Shown piece by piece: positions 27,821 through 38,110 of a DNA stretch of 64,000 nt (position 1 is its first letter; each line of letters opens with the position of its first letter). Source of the stretch: an uncultured candidate division Zixibacteria bacterium (lineage in GTDB: Bacteria; Zixibacteria; MSB-5A5; GN15; FEB-12); assembly GCA_963806185.1 (NCBI GenBank), contig CAWDXE010000001.1, positions 192,001 through 256,000 of the forward strand, written 5' to 3'. Below the pieces are notes generated by a model. That model was given only the letters and a program-made list of their open reading frames with translations. It did no database searches and had not been told where the DNA came from. The position numbers and the translations under genes are program-made.

Positions 27821-30055
27821 ATGATTAGTTCCATACGACGTACGCAAACTAAGATCCTTCTGTTAATACTCATTCTGGGGGCAGGCTTCGCGATCGGCCT
27901 CGGGGTGGCTTTCCACGAGCAGTCACGACTCGAACAGAACATGCTCGTCGAGCGTCAGCGTGAAAAGGCCGACCTTCTCCGCGAGGTGGTGCGGCAGAAG
28001 TCCGAATCCCTGCATATGTTCACTGACGACTACAGTCGTTGGGACGACATGATTCGTTTTATCGATACCCACCCGGTCGATTCCCAATGGGCCAGGGAGA
28101 ACCTGGATGTCGCTATCGCCAACTTCGGCGGCCAGACCGTGATGGTCTTCGACAGCAAATTCAATCCGATATTCGCCACCACGGGAAGCGTCCGAAGGGC
28201 CGATGAACAACTACCTATTGCGGCGGTCTGCCGCCAAGTTCTCTCCGGTGTTCCTTTTCAACACTTCTATCTACGACAACCGACCGGCGTATTCGAACTC
28301 TTCACCGCTCCGGTACAGCCAACGAAGGATATCGAGCGAAAGTCAACACCACGCGGATATTTCGTCACCGGCTACTTCTGGGAAGACTCGTTGCTGAATT
28401 GGCTGTCGTTGCGAACGGGGACGGTCACCACGCTGGCGGGAATTGACGACCACGGCGAATTTGCCGCGCTGTCCCTGGGTGAGAACGGCGCTTTGATAGC
28501 TTACACACCGCTGATCGGTCCGGATGGACGGCCGGTTGCGGCCCTGGAGAGCCGCTATCACTCGGAGGTGTTCGCTGAGCAGGTGGCCTTGATTCACCGG
28601 CAAGTGGCGGCCCTGGCCATGTTCGGTGCGGTGGTGGTCGCAGTGCTCTTACTATCCCTGTACGCCTGGGTCAGTCGCCCCCTGGAAATCATCAATACCG
28701 GTCTCAACACCCAATCGGGCGAACCGCTACTGCAGCTCACGTCACAAACGGACGAATTCGGCCAGATCGCCCGACTCATAACCACCTCGTTTTCCCAACG
28801 GCTGGCGCTGGTCGAGGAAATCGTGGAAAGGCGACAGGCCGAACGAAATGCCCATGAGAGCAAACGGGCGCTGAGTTCATTCATCAGTAATCTGCCCGGT
28901 ATGGCTTACCGGTGCCGCAACGACGTCGAACGAACAGTCGAATATGTCAGCGATGGTTGTGTCGGCGTTACCGGTTTCACCGCCGATTACTTCACGCTCA
29001 AGCAGAGTCTCTCGCTCAATAAACTCATTCACATGGGTGATCGCGACCAGGTGCGACTGACGATCGAATCGGCCGTGGCCTCGCGCCAGAGTTATGCGCT
29101 GACCTATCGGATCAACGCAGCTGATAAATCCGAACGCTCGGTCCTCGAACAGGGTCGGGCCGTGTATGCGTCCGACGGAAAAGTGACGGCTTTGGAAGGG
29201 ATCATTCTCGAAATCACTGATCGAGTCGAAGCGGAACGGGAACGGGCTTTCCTCCAGAACAAGCTCAACCGGGCCGAGCGGGTTCAGGCTCTCGGACTCC
29301 TGGCGGGAGGAGTTGCTCATGATCTCAACAACATGCTCGCGCCGGTGATGGCCTATCCCGATCTGATATTATCCAAACTACCCGAAAACGATCCCCTGCG
29401 ACCCAAGCTCATGATTATCAGGGATGCAGCTCAACAGGCGGTGGATGTCGTTCAGGACCTCCTGACCATGGCCCGACGAGGCCGTATCGAGATGACGTCG
29501 GCCAATCTCAATGACGTTGTGGAAAGGTACACGCATTCCGCCAATTTCCTCCAACTGACAGCCAAGCATCCCGATGTGGCCGTAGTCATAGACCTCGCCC
29601 CCGACATGGATTCTATTGGCGGATCGGTGACGCACTTGAACAAGGCGCTCATGAACATCGTGGTAAACGCCTTTGACGCCATGAGTCGAGGGGGACAGCT
29701 CACTATTCGTACGCGCCAACGCAACGTCACGGAACTTGCCGACGGCCACCGCATTATCCCCGGCGAATATATCATCCTGTCCGTGTCCGACACCGGCGTA
29801 GGCATTCCACCCGAAGACATGAAAAAGATCTTCGAGCCCTATTTCTCGCGGAAGCAGATGGGCACCAGCGGCACGGGACTCGGACTTGCCGTGGTATACG
29901 GTACGGTGAAAGATCATCACGGATATTACGATATTATTTCGCAGGTTGGCGAAGGGACCGAGTTCATCCTGTACTTCCCAGCCGAGAATCAATCTACGGG
30001 CGTCGACGCCGACGGCTCACGAGTATCGACTTTGGCCACCCCTAAAGCAATTTAA
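27821..30055 (+). CDS. Membrane sensor histidine kinase: CHASE4 - HAMP-like - PAS - HisKA - HATPase
   Basis: Two TM helices flanking a DDYSRWDDM CHASE4-type region; NLPGMAYRC PAS; GGVAHDLNNML; NAFDAM, DTGVGI, FEPYFS, GTGLGL. Confidence 0.92.
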   Translation: MISSIRRTQTKILLLILILGAGFAIGLGVAFHEQSRLEQNMLVERQREKADLLREVVRQKSESLHMFTDDYSRWDDMIRFIDTHPVDSQWARENLDVAIANFGGQTVMVFDSKFNPIFATTGSVRRADEQLPIAAVCRQVLSGVPFQHFYLRQPTGVFELFTAPVQPTKDIERKSTPRGYFVTGYFWEDSLLNWLSLRTGTVTTLAGIDDHGEFAALSLGENGALIAYTPLIGPDGRPVAALESRYHSEVFAEQVALIHRQVAALAMFGAVVVAVLLLSLYAWVSRPLEIINTGLNTQSGEPLLQLTSQTDEFGQIARLITTSFSQRLALVEEIVERRQAERNAHESKRALSSFISNLPGMAYRCRNDVERTVEYVSDGCVGVTGFTADYFTLKQSLSLNKLIHMGDRDQVRLTIESAVASRQSYALTYRINAADKSERSVLEQGRAVYASDGKVTALEGIILEITDRVEAERERAFLQNKLNRAERVQALGLLAGGVAHDLNNMLAPVMAYPDLILSKLPENDPLRPKLMIIRDAAQQAVDVVQDLLTMARRGRIEMTSANLNDVVERYTHSANFLQLTAKHPDVAVVIDLAPDMDSIGGSVTHLNKALMNIVVNAFDAMSRGGQLTIRTRQRNVTELADGHRIIPGEYIILSVSDTGVGIPPEDMKKIFEPYFSRKQMGTSGTGLGLAVVYGTVKDHHGYYDIISQVGEGTEFILYFPAENQSTGVDADGSRVSTLATPKAI

Positions 30056-30264
30056 GTCCCTCACCGACAATAGGTATGAGCGGGGCAACCGTCGGAAGGC
30101 AGCCTGGGCAGCTAGCCGTTTTTCTGTCTTCTAACAATGTCATCTGTTCCCGCAAGCAAACTTTGGACCGCCATGTACCGGGCGTCTGATCACCATGGCA
30201 GGAATCTGCCTGTCCAAATTGATCGGCGCTACTTGATTCAGGGCAGGTCCGTCGGAGAAGCAGC

Positions 30265-32820
30265 GTGATTCATCGTATCCGCACTCGTGTCATCGCAGTT
30301 GTTTGTCTTTTGGCAGCGATTGCCGTGGCGGGGGTTGTGGCTGTCCAGTTCGCCGTAACCGATGAGTTAAGAGCCCTCCTGCACGATCGCCGTATTGACA
30401 TTGAGGCGTGGACCGATCGCGTTCTCAAATTGAACGGCAAGTCACTGGAGGCGATGGCCTATGATTACTCGTACTGGGACGAGATGGTCGATTTCCTCGG
30501 AAAGTCTGATTCCGCCTGGGCGCTTGACAATATCTCCGCGTCGTTAGGGACGTACAATGCAAACGTGGTGTGGTTAGTTCAGCTTGACGGAAGTTTGCAT
30601 CACCTCTCGACCGATGAGAACTGCCCTTTGCTTACCGCGGAAATAGCGGCGAATCTCATCTCGGTACGCACGCTTGGCGCGGAGCCGTTCCGTCACTTCT
30701 TCACAACGATTCCAGATGGTCTTCTTGAGATCCGGACAGCACCCATCCAGCCGAGTAGCGATATCGAGCGCAAGACCACCCCTCGAGGATACCTGTTGGT
30801 CGGCAGGATATGGAATCGTGCCTGCCTCGACAATCTGGAGTCACTGCTGGAAGCCAAACTGGAGCTCTGTTCGCCCCAGAGTGATTCGGCACTTACTTCT
30901 GCTGCCAATGAAGATATTCGGGCCGGCATCCTTCGCACTGGATATGTACTGCGTGATATGGATGGCAAGCCGCTGGCGGTGTTAATGAGTCTGACAAAGA
31001 CACCAATGATTTCGGAAGTGGCCCACGAGTCGGACCGAACGGTGTACAGTGTCGCGCTGCTGGCCGGACTGTTCTTGATCAGTTTGTGGTTTGCGATTAC
31101 CCGCTGGGTGGTACGGCCGCTCGGGCATGTCTCAAGTGCTCTGCAGGGAGTGGAGCCCGAGTCATTGGCGCATCTGCACTCGTCCGGCGCGGAGTTTTCC
31201 GAAATTGGCACGCTCATTTCACGATACTCGGCATCCGAACGCGCCCTGCAGGAAAGCCAGCGGTCGCTGCAGACGCTCTTTTCAAACCTGCCGGGGATGG
31301 CCTACCGCTGTGCCAACGACAATTACTGGACTATGGAGATGGTGAGCGACGGCTGTACTGACCTTACCGGCTATCAAGTGTCGGACTTGACCGACAATCG
31401 TCAGGTGTCGTTCGGCGAGTTGATCGTCGCCGATGATCGGAAGATGGTGTGGGACTCGGTGCAGGCGGCCCTGGATTTGCATCGTCCGTTTCACTTGCTC
31501 TACGGAATCCGGCATCGCGATGGGACCATCAGGTTTGTCGAAGAGCACGGTCGGGGTGTATTTGACAACGAGGACAAACTCCTGGCGCTTGAGGGGTTCA
31601 TTGCAGATATCACCGAGCGCCGGAAAGCGGAGTCGGAACAGGCGGAGCTTCGCGCCCAGCTCGAAACGGCGCGGCGCCTGGAATCACTGGGCATTCTCGC
31701 CGGCGGCGTGGCTCATGATCTGAACAACATGCTCGGCCCGCTGGTGGCGTATCCGGAAATGATTCTGGAATCGCTGCCGCCGGACAGTAATGTACGCGAT
31801 TCAGTGGCCCAGCTCGGCCGCTCGGCCGAGATGGCGGCCAATGTCATCCAGGATCTGCTCACGCTGGCACGACGAGGTCGATACAAAATGTGTGCCACCG
31901 ATGTGAATGAAATCGTAACCAGCTATATTTCATCGCCCAGCTTCCAAATGCTCAAGGGCAAACACCAGAACGTCCTGGTGCACACTGTTCTTGAGGAGAA
32001 TCTGCCGGCAATAAACGGGTCAGCCACTCACTTGTTCAAGGTCCTCATGAATCTGGTGGTGAATGCCTTTGACGCAATGTCGGACGGAGGGGTACTGCGC
32101 ATGACGACCGGGCGCCGCATCCTGACGGAGGCCCCGGCCGGCAACGAATCGCTGGCAGCAGGCGAATACGTCGTTCTGAGCATCTCGGATACCGGCGCCG
32201 GAATCGCCGAGGCAGACAGAGCACGGATCTTCGAACCGTATTTTTCGACCAAGAAGATGGGCGGCAGTGGGACAGGCCTTGGTCTGGCAATTGTCCATGG
32301 AATCGTCAAGGATCACAACGGGGCAGTTCTGATTATGTCCGAGGTAGGACACGGCACGGCAATGGAGATATTCCTGCCGGTTACGACCTGTCCAACCCGG
32401 ACGGTCGCCGAAGCCAACGAGAGTTTACTCGGCACCGGGCACATACTGATTGTGGATGACATGGCGGAGCAACGCGCGCTGGCTTCGCACCTCCTCACCA
32501 GCCTGGGGTATACCACAGGGTCGGTGTCAACCGGGACTGCGGCGACGGAGTATGTCGCCCGGCACAAAGTTGATCTGGTCGTTCTGGATATGCTCCTGGA
32601 ACCGGAGATGGACGGTCTGGACGCATTGCGCGAAATCCGCCGCGCCCAACCTGACGTTGCGGTTGTCCTTGTTTCGGGCTACGCCGCGACGGAGCGGGTA
32701 CACCTGGCCCTGGAGGCCGGGGCATCCTCGCTCGTACCGAAGCCATTCACGCGCGATACACTGGGCAGAGCGGTTCTGGCTGCACGGCGTGGGCAACATC
32801 AGCCGACGGTCCAGGTCTGA
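30265..32820 (+). CDS. Hybrid sensor histidine kinase: CHASE4 - PAS - HisKA - HATPase - receiver
   Basis: Paralogue of the upstream kinase (YDYSYWDEM, NLPGMAYRC, AHDLNNML) plus a REC domain ILIVDD..LVVLDM..SGY..KPF. Confidence 0.93.
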   Translation: MIHRIRTRVIAVVCLLAAIAVAGVVAVQFAVTDELRALLHDRRIDIEAWTDRVLKLNGKSLEAMAYDYSYWDEMVDFLGKSDSAWALDNISASLGTYNANVVWLVQLDGSLHHLSTDENCPLLTAEIAANLISVRTLGAEPFRHFFTTIPDGLLEIRTAPIQPSSDIERKTTPRGYLLVGRIWNRACLDNLESLLEAKLELCSPQSDSALTSAANEDIRAGILRTGYVLRDMDGKPLAVLMSLTKTPMISEVAHESDRTVYSVALLAGLFLISLWFAITRWVVRPLGHVSSALQGVEPESLAHLHSSGAEFSEIGTLISRYSASERALQESQRSLQTLFSNLPGMAYRCANDNYWTMEMVSDGCTDLTGYQVSDLTDNRQVSFGELIVADDRKMVWDSVQAALDLHRPFHLLYGIRHRDGTIRFVEEHGRGVFDNEDKLLALEGFIADITERRKAESEQAELRAQLETARRLESLGILAGGVAHDLNNMLGPLVAYPEMILESLPPDSNVRDSVAQLGRSAEMAANVIQDLLTLARRGRYKMCATDVNEIVTSYISSPSFQMLKGKHQNVLVHTVLEENLPAINGSATHLFKVLMNLVVNAFDAMSDGGVLRMTTGRRILTEAPAGNESLAAGEYVVLSISDTGAGIAEADRARIFEPYFSTKKMGGSGTGLGLAIVHGIVKDHNGAVLIMSEVGHGTAMEIFLPVTTCPTRTVAEANESLLGTGHILIVDDMAEQRALASHLLTSLGYTTGSVSTGTAATEYVARHKVDLVVLDMLLEPEMDGLDALREIRRAQPDVAVVLVSGYAATERVHLALEAGASSLVPKPFTRDTLGRAVLAARRGQHQPTVQV

Positions 32821-32948
32821 GTTATCCGTTCAACTTCCCGCTTCCGGAAATACGGCACCCAGAATGTGCTTGTACGCACTGTCCGGATGCCGTAGATTTT
32901 TCCCAAACAACAAAATCAGTTCCACGGCGAGTGGTGGAGGTAGATCCT

Positions 32949-35900
32949 TTGCGTAGTGCTCGTTTCCTCGTGGCGGCGCTCTTTCTGGCGTTGCCCATAT
33001 TCGTAAGTGCCGCCGATGAATTCGTTTCTCTTCAGCCAGACCAACCGATAGCCGATTTTCGCACGGAAGCGGTTTATGACAACGAATCCGGTCACGTGGT
33101 CGGCGCGAGATTCCGACATGTGCCCAGTGGCTTCGTGCTTGACCTGCTGCGCATTCAATCGCTCCCCCAGGCGTTCATGTGGGTGAACTCGCCGCCTCCT
33201 TCCGACCAGGGCGAACCTCACACGCTGGAGCATCTCCTGTTGGGCAAGGGCAACAAGGGGCGGTATGTCGCTTCGCTTGAGGATATGTCTCTGGGCTCCA
33301 GCTCGGCATTCACCATGCAGGTACAGACCTGTTACCACTTCAACGCGCCGACGCCGGAGATATTCTTCAATCTGCTCGAAGCCAAGATGGACGCAATGGT
33401 GCACCCGAATTACTCGGATGAAGAAATTCGGCGTGAGGTCGCCAACATGGGTGTGGCCGAGAACCAGTCGGACGGATCTCTCCGTCTGGAAGAAAAGGGA
33501 ACGGTCTACAACGAGATGACCCGATCATTTGAAAGTCCCTGGGGTAATCTCAGTGTTACGATGGATCGGATGATTTGGGGCGCGGGGCATCCGCTATCAT
33601 TTTCGTCAGGCGGGTATCCCGATTCAATTCGCAACATGACGCCGGACGACCTGCGCGCGTTTCACGGCGCCACCCACCATTTGAATAACATGGGTGCCGA
33701 AGTGGCTTTGCCGGACGCGATAAGTCTGGACGACGCGCTGACTCAAATCTCGTCGATTCTCAAGCGGATTGAACCGGAGGCGAAAACGGGCGATCATCCG
33801 TCAGCACTTTACGATCGCCTTCCGGCCGCCAAGTCGGCGCCGTACGGGACGATCGCTATCACTGAGTTCCCGCACGCCGATGAAAACGAGCCGGGTCTGC
33901 TGCTGATGTCCTGGCCGCCGATTGAGAAGGTGGACAATAACGAGCTGTACCTGCTCGAATTGCTTATGAACAACCTGGCCAACGGGCCGTCGTCCAACCT
34001 GTACAAGCGGTTTATCGATTCCCGTACGCGGACCATCGATATTGGCGCAAGTGGAACGTTTGTCTGGGTCGGCAATGAACCGGGACACCCGGTGCAGATG
34101 GGATTTGGCGATATCAACCGGGCTTCGAATAATGAAAAGATGATCGACTCCGTGCGCTCGGCGGTGATCAGTGAGATTGCCCAGATTGCGGCTCTGAAGG
34201 ATGGCTCGCCGGAATTAAAGGATTTCAACGATCGAGCCCTGAATCGGATAGCGCAGCGGCGGCGGACGCTTCGCCAGTTCCTCAATTCACCGCCCGGCTG
34301 GGGCGCCCGGGGCACCGGGTCGGAGTGGATGGAGCATTTGCGTCGACTGCATTACAGCGGCGGCTTCCATCGTTCACTCGTGCTGGCAAACGAACTGGCC
34401 TTTGCGGATTCACTGGTCAATCAACCGGCGAATATATGGCGCGAATACATCAATCGGTGGCAACTGCTTACGGTGAAGCCGTATGCCGTAAGTGCCAAGG
34501 CCAGCCCGCAGCTTCTGGCCCGACAGGAAGCGGCGCGGCAGGCACGGATCGACGCCTACGCCGACAAGCTGATGAAGGAATACGGCGTGTCCGACCGGAG
34601 CGAGGCCATCAAGCGCTTCAGTGCCGACTACGATCGCAACACCGCGGCCATCGATGCGGAGGCCACCAGGATCACGATGCCGGCCTTTGCGCACAATCCG
34701 CCGATGACACTCGATGATCAGTTGAAATACCGGGTGGACACGCTTCCGGGCGGTGCTCCGCTGGTTGCCTCGACATTCGAAAACATGTCCGGCGCGACCA
34801 TGGGGTTTGCGTTTCGGATGGACGTCGTCCCGGAATCGCTGCTGGTCTATGTGTCGGCGCTGCCGGATTTGCTGACGTCGATCGGCGGGACATATAAGGG
34901 GCAGCTTCTCGCCTACGACAAGATGTCGGAGGCAGTTCGAAAAGAGATCCTTCGCTTAAGCACGTATTATAGCGTCAATTACCGCAAGGAGCGGGTTGAA
35001 CTGGTATGTCGTGCTGCGGGCAGCGACAGTGTCGAGGCCCAACGGGCGGTCGACTGGATTAACACGGCGTTGTTCGGCGCCAATTTCTCGGTGGAGAATC
35101 TCCCCCGCATTCGCGACGTGATCGATCAGACCCTCATGGATATCCGCAGCCGAACCGCCAGTGCGGAGGAAAGCTGGGTGGACGAGCCGGCGAACGGCTA
35201 TTGGAAGCAGGACGACCCGCTTATCCTGGCGGCGGATAACTTCCTCACGCGCGCCCACGCGTTCCACCGTCTGCGCTGGCTGCTGAAGGAATCCGGTTCA
35301 CCCACGCTGGGCGATCAATTCTCCAAGTTCATGGACGAACTTGCACCACTCGGCGCCAACTACACCCGGGACACGATTCTTCTGGTGCTCGGCTATCTGA
35401 AAACCGACACAACCGAAAAGGCGCTGTTGCCGGAAGCCGACCGTCTGCGGAAATTGATGGCGGCGGCGCGGGAAGACACGCGCGGTGTTATCGAGGACGC
35501 ACTTTCGGACCTGGAGCGACTGCTGTCGGATATCCCCGACAATTCGTTGGGGGCCGACTGGCGGTATCTCTGCCGACAAATGACACTCGATTTCCTGACG
35601 CCGGCGCGCGAGGCGCTCGATCAACTGCAGGCTGTTCTGGCGTTGGTGCGTCGGTCGGACAACGTGCGCAGTTTTGTCGTGGGATCGACCGCCACGCAGA
35701 AGGCGCTGCGCCCCCGGCTCGATGAGATCGTCAGCCGACTGGACACGGCGCCCTCCAAGCGGGCAACGTACGCAGCAGGCGAACGAATCAATAATCGGCT
35801 GAAGGAACGGGCGAAAAACAGCACCCCGCCGATCTATGTTGGACTGGTGAATAACAGCACGCGTTCGGGGGTCATATTCAACACGGCCGACTGCGCTTCG

Positions 35901-36539
35901 TATGCGGACACGAGCAAAGACGTGCTCATTCGATTTCTCTCGGCCCGGCTGTACGGCGGTGGGGGCGCCCACAGCATGTTCATGAAGACCTGGGGCGCGG
36001 GTCTGGCCTACTCCAATGGCCTGAGAAGCAACGAAGCGTCGGGCCGGCTCATCTACTACGCTGAGCGGTGTCCTGATCTGTCGCAGACGATGCAATTTGT
36101 CGTCGATCAACTAAAAAACGCGCCGCGCGACACTGCGCTCGCTGAATACGCGGTTTCGCAGGCCTTCGTCATGCTCCGGGGCGGCGCCAGTTACGAGGCA
36201 CGAGGGGAAGCCATGGCCAATGATCTGGCCGACGGCATTACCCCTGACGTGGTGAGATCATTCCGCCAGCGGATTCTCGATCTTCGGAAAGACCCGAAGC
36301 TATACGATAAACTGGCGGCCCAGATGGAATCGATTTATGGCCTGGTGCTGCCTGATTACGGCCCCAGCGGGGAGGAAGCAGCCAAGACGGCGCACGCCAT
36401 GAACTTCATTATCGGCCCGGAGAAGCAGTTTCAGACCTACGAGCAGTATCTCGATAAGACGGAAGGTGATATAGAGTTGCAGCGATTGTACCCCCGCGAT
36501 TATTGGCTGCCACGCACCTTGCCGAAGACGAGCCGATAG
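32949..36539 (+). CDS. Secreted M16-family (insulinase/PreP-like) zinc metallopeptidase
   Basis: Inverted zincin HTLEH, GTVYNEM third-ligand motif, SGGYP, C-terminal GLAYS; N-terminal signal peptide. Start TTG 32949 after GGAGG (ORF track 32931). Confidence 0.85.
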   Translation: MRSARFLVAALFLALPIFVSAADEFVSLQPDQPIADFRTEAVYDNESGHVVGARFRHVPSGFVLDLLRIQSLPQAFMWVNSPPPSDQGEPHTLEHLLLGKGNKGRYVASLEDMSLGSSSAFTMQVQTCYHFNAPTPEIFFNLLEAKMDAMVHPNYSDEEIRREVANMGVAENQSDGSLRLEEKGTVYNEMTRSFESPWGNLSVTMDRMIWGAGHPLSFSSGGYPDSIRNMTPDDLRAFHGATHHLNNMGAEVALPDAISLDDALTQISSILKRIEPEAKTGDHPSALYDRLPAAKSAPYGTIAITEFPHADENEPGLLLMSWPPIEKVDNNELYLLELLMNNLANGPSSNLYKRFIDSRTRTIDIGASGTFVWVGNEPGHPVQMGFGDINRASNNEKMIDSVRSAVISEIAQIAALKDGSPELKDFNDRALNRIAQRRRTLRQFLNSPPGWGARGTGSEWMEHLRRLHYSGGFHRSLVLANELAFADSLVNQPANIWREYINRWQLLTVKPYAVSAKASPQLLARQEAARQARIDAYADKLMKEYGVSDRSEAIKRFSADYDRNTAAIDAEATRITMPAFAHNPPMTLDDQLKYRVDTLPGGAPLVASTFENMSGATMGFAFRMDVVPESLLVYVSALPDLLTSIGGTYKGQLLAYDKMSEAVRKEILRLSTYYSVNYRKERVELVCRAAGSDSVEAQRAVDWINTALFGANFSVENLPRIRDVIDQTLMDIRSRTASAEESWVDEPANGYWKQDDPLILAADNFLTRAHAFHRLRWLLKESGSPTLGDQFSKFMDELAPLGANYTRDTILLVLGYLKTDTTEKALLPEADRLRKLMAAAREDTRGVIEDALSDLERLLSDIPDNSLGADWRYLCRQMTLDFLTPAREALDQLQAVLALVRRSDNVRSFVVGSTATQKALRPRLDEIVSRLDTAPSKRATYAAGERINNRLKERAKNSTPPIYVGLVNNSTRSGVIFNTADCASYADTSKDVLIRFLSARLYGGGGAHSMFMKTWGAGLAYSNGLRSNEASGRLIYYAERCPDLSQTMQFVVDQLKNAPRDTALAEYAVSQAFVMLRGGASYEARGEAMANDLADGITPDVVRSFRQRILDLRKDPKLYDKLAAQMESIYGLVLPDYGPSGEEAAKTAHAMNFIIGPEKQFQTYEQYLDKTEGDIELQRLYPRDYWLPRTLPKTSR

Positions 36540-36566
36540 GCGCCGCTCCATTATAATTGCACATGC

Positions 36567-36602
36567 AACGGTCCCGAATGCAACTTTCGGGACCGTTTTT
36601 TG
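36567..36602 (+). terminator. Rho-independent terminator
   Basis: ACGGTCCCGA..TCGGGACCGT followed by a T run. Confidence 0.8.
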
Positions 36603-36652
36603 TTATGAGTGTCTAGCCTTGGTGATAGGAAGACAATGATAAAGGAGCGACC

Positions 36653-37351
36653 ATGATCACTGCGAGGAAATCGTCCGAGCGCGGCCAGGCCGATCACGGC
36701 TGGCTGCAGACTTTTCACACTTTCTCCTTTGCGGATTACCATGATCCGGAGCACACCAGCTTTCGCCAGTTGAGAGTCATCAACGAAGATTGGGTGGCGC
36801 CGACGCGCGGGTTCGCGGCGCATCCTCATCGCGATATGGAAATCGTGACCTACATCCTTGAAGGGGAGTTGGAGCACAAGGATTCGATGGGCACGGGATC
36901 GGTAATTCGGCGGGGTGACGTGCAGCGGATGAGCGCCGGCAGCGGTGTCGTGCACAGCGAATTCAATCCCTCGACCGAGCAACCTGTTCATCTCTGGCAA
37001 ATATGGTTGTTTCCTGACCAGCGTGGACGCCGGCCCGAATATGAGCAAAAGACTTTCGATGACCACACCAAGCTGAATCAGTTGCGACTGATTGTGTCGC
37101 CTGACGCAGCGGAAGGGGCGATCGGGATTCACCAGGATGTGCGCGTCTTCGCTTCCATTTTGGAAGCGGGTCATCAGGTTCAGCACGAATTTGTGTCCGG
37201 TCGCCATGGCTGGCTGCAGCTTGCCTCCGGTCGAGTGACGGTTAACGGTGTACCGCTGGCGTCAGGGGACGGAGCGAGGATTAGCGACGAGGCCGCGCTA
37301 ACGATTGCGGCCAACGAGCGGGCTGAGTTTCTGCTTTTCGACCTCAACTGA
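36653..37351 (+). CDS. Pirin family protein (YhhW-like)
   Basis: RGQADHGWL, HTFSFADY, LRVINED, HPHRDMEI, HKDSMG, MSAGSGVVHSE, QIW. Confidence 0.96.
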   Translation: MITARKSSERGQADHGWLQTFHTFSFADYHDPEHTSFRQLRVINEDWVAPTRGFAAHPHRDMEIVTYILEGELEHKDSMGTGSVIRRGDVQRMSAGSGVVHSEFNPSTEQPVHLWQIWLFPDQRGRRPEYEQKTFDDHTKLNQLRLIVSPDAAEGAIGIHQDVRVFASILEAGHQVQHEFVSGRHGWLQLASGRVTVNGVPLASGDGARISDEAALTIAANERAEFLLFDLN

Positions 37352-37587
37352 GGGACGTTTGGCTTTGCACGGAGCCATGAGAGGTTCTGGCAGGTCTCCC
37401 TTATCGGGCACGGGGCGGGTCGATTTTCGAACGGCTAATCCCTTAGGTGAAATGGACTTCACCAGCGGCAGAAGTGGATTCCATCAGATCGACGTGACCA
37501 CACCCGTGGCTCATCATCTTGGAACGTGAAATCGACTATATAGCCTTCCAATCGAGGCGTCGTTGTTGCGCGGCTAACCTCTCTGCC

Positions 37588-37632
37588 ACCAGTAATTTAC
37601 TGGTTGACAATCGTACGATTTCACGGTATACT
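37588..37632 (+). promoter_or_regulatory. Near-consensus sigma70 promoter with two overlapping palindromes (surface protein 1)
   Basis: TTGACA (37604-37609)-N17-TATACT (37627-37632); ACCAGTAA-T-TTACTGGT (37588-37604); AATCGTACGATT (37609-37620). Confidence 0.7.
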
Positions 37633-38110
37633 TTTATGTGCCGGAGACTGTATAGATGTTTTTGTAAATAGACCAGTTATACGCGTTCGTGTCGGGGTTG
37701 GACGACTCCTGCCGATTCGCGCTTCGAAGCACATATTTGGGTAACCATTACCGGCGCTTCTGCGTCGCCGGAAAGAGTGACCGTGATTGCAGTGTTGACA
37801 AGCGGTAATCCCCATACCGCGATGGCAACGACCCTGAGCATTGGGGTCGTCGGGCCAGTTATTTATCTTTTGATTGTATTTGCAGTTCAGAATTACGTCC
37901 GATTACACGTGCAGAATTGGCATCGGAAACAGTGTTACTCCGCTCTGCCGGGCAGCGTCGTGATATCGCGCTGCAGGAAAGGAGGTATTTCGATGCAATG
38001 AGCCCGCTGATCGGCGTTGCGGGTGGCACGAACGCCGACCGAGCTGAGGCAAGATGTAAGCGCTGTGCTGCAGAGCGGAGCGCTGATCGAACATTCAGGA
38101 ATCGAAAGGA

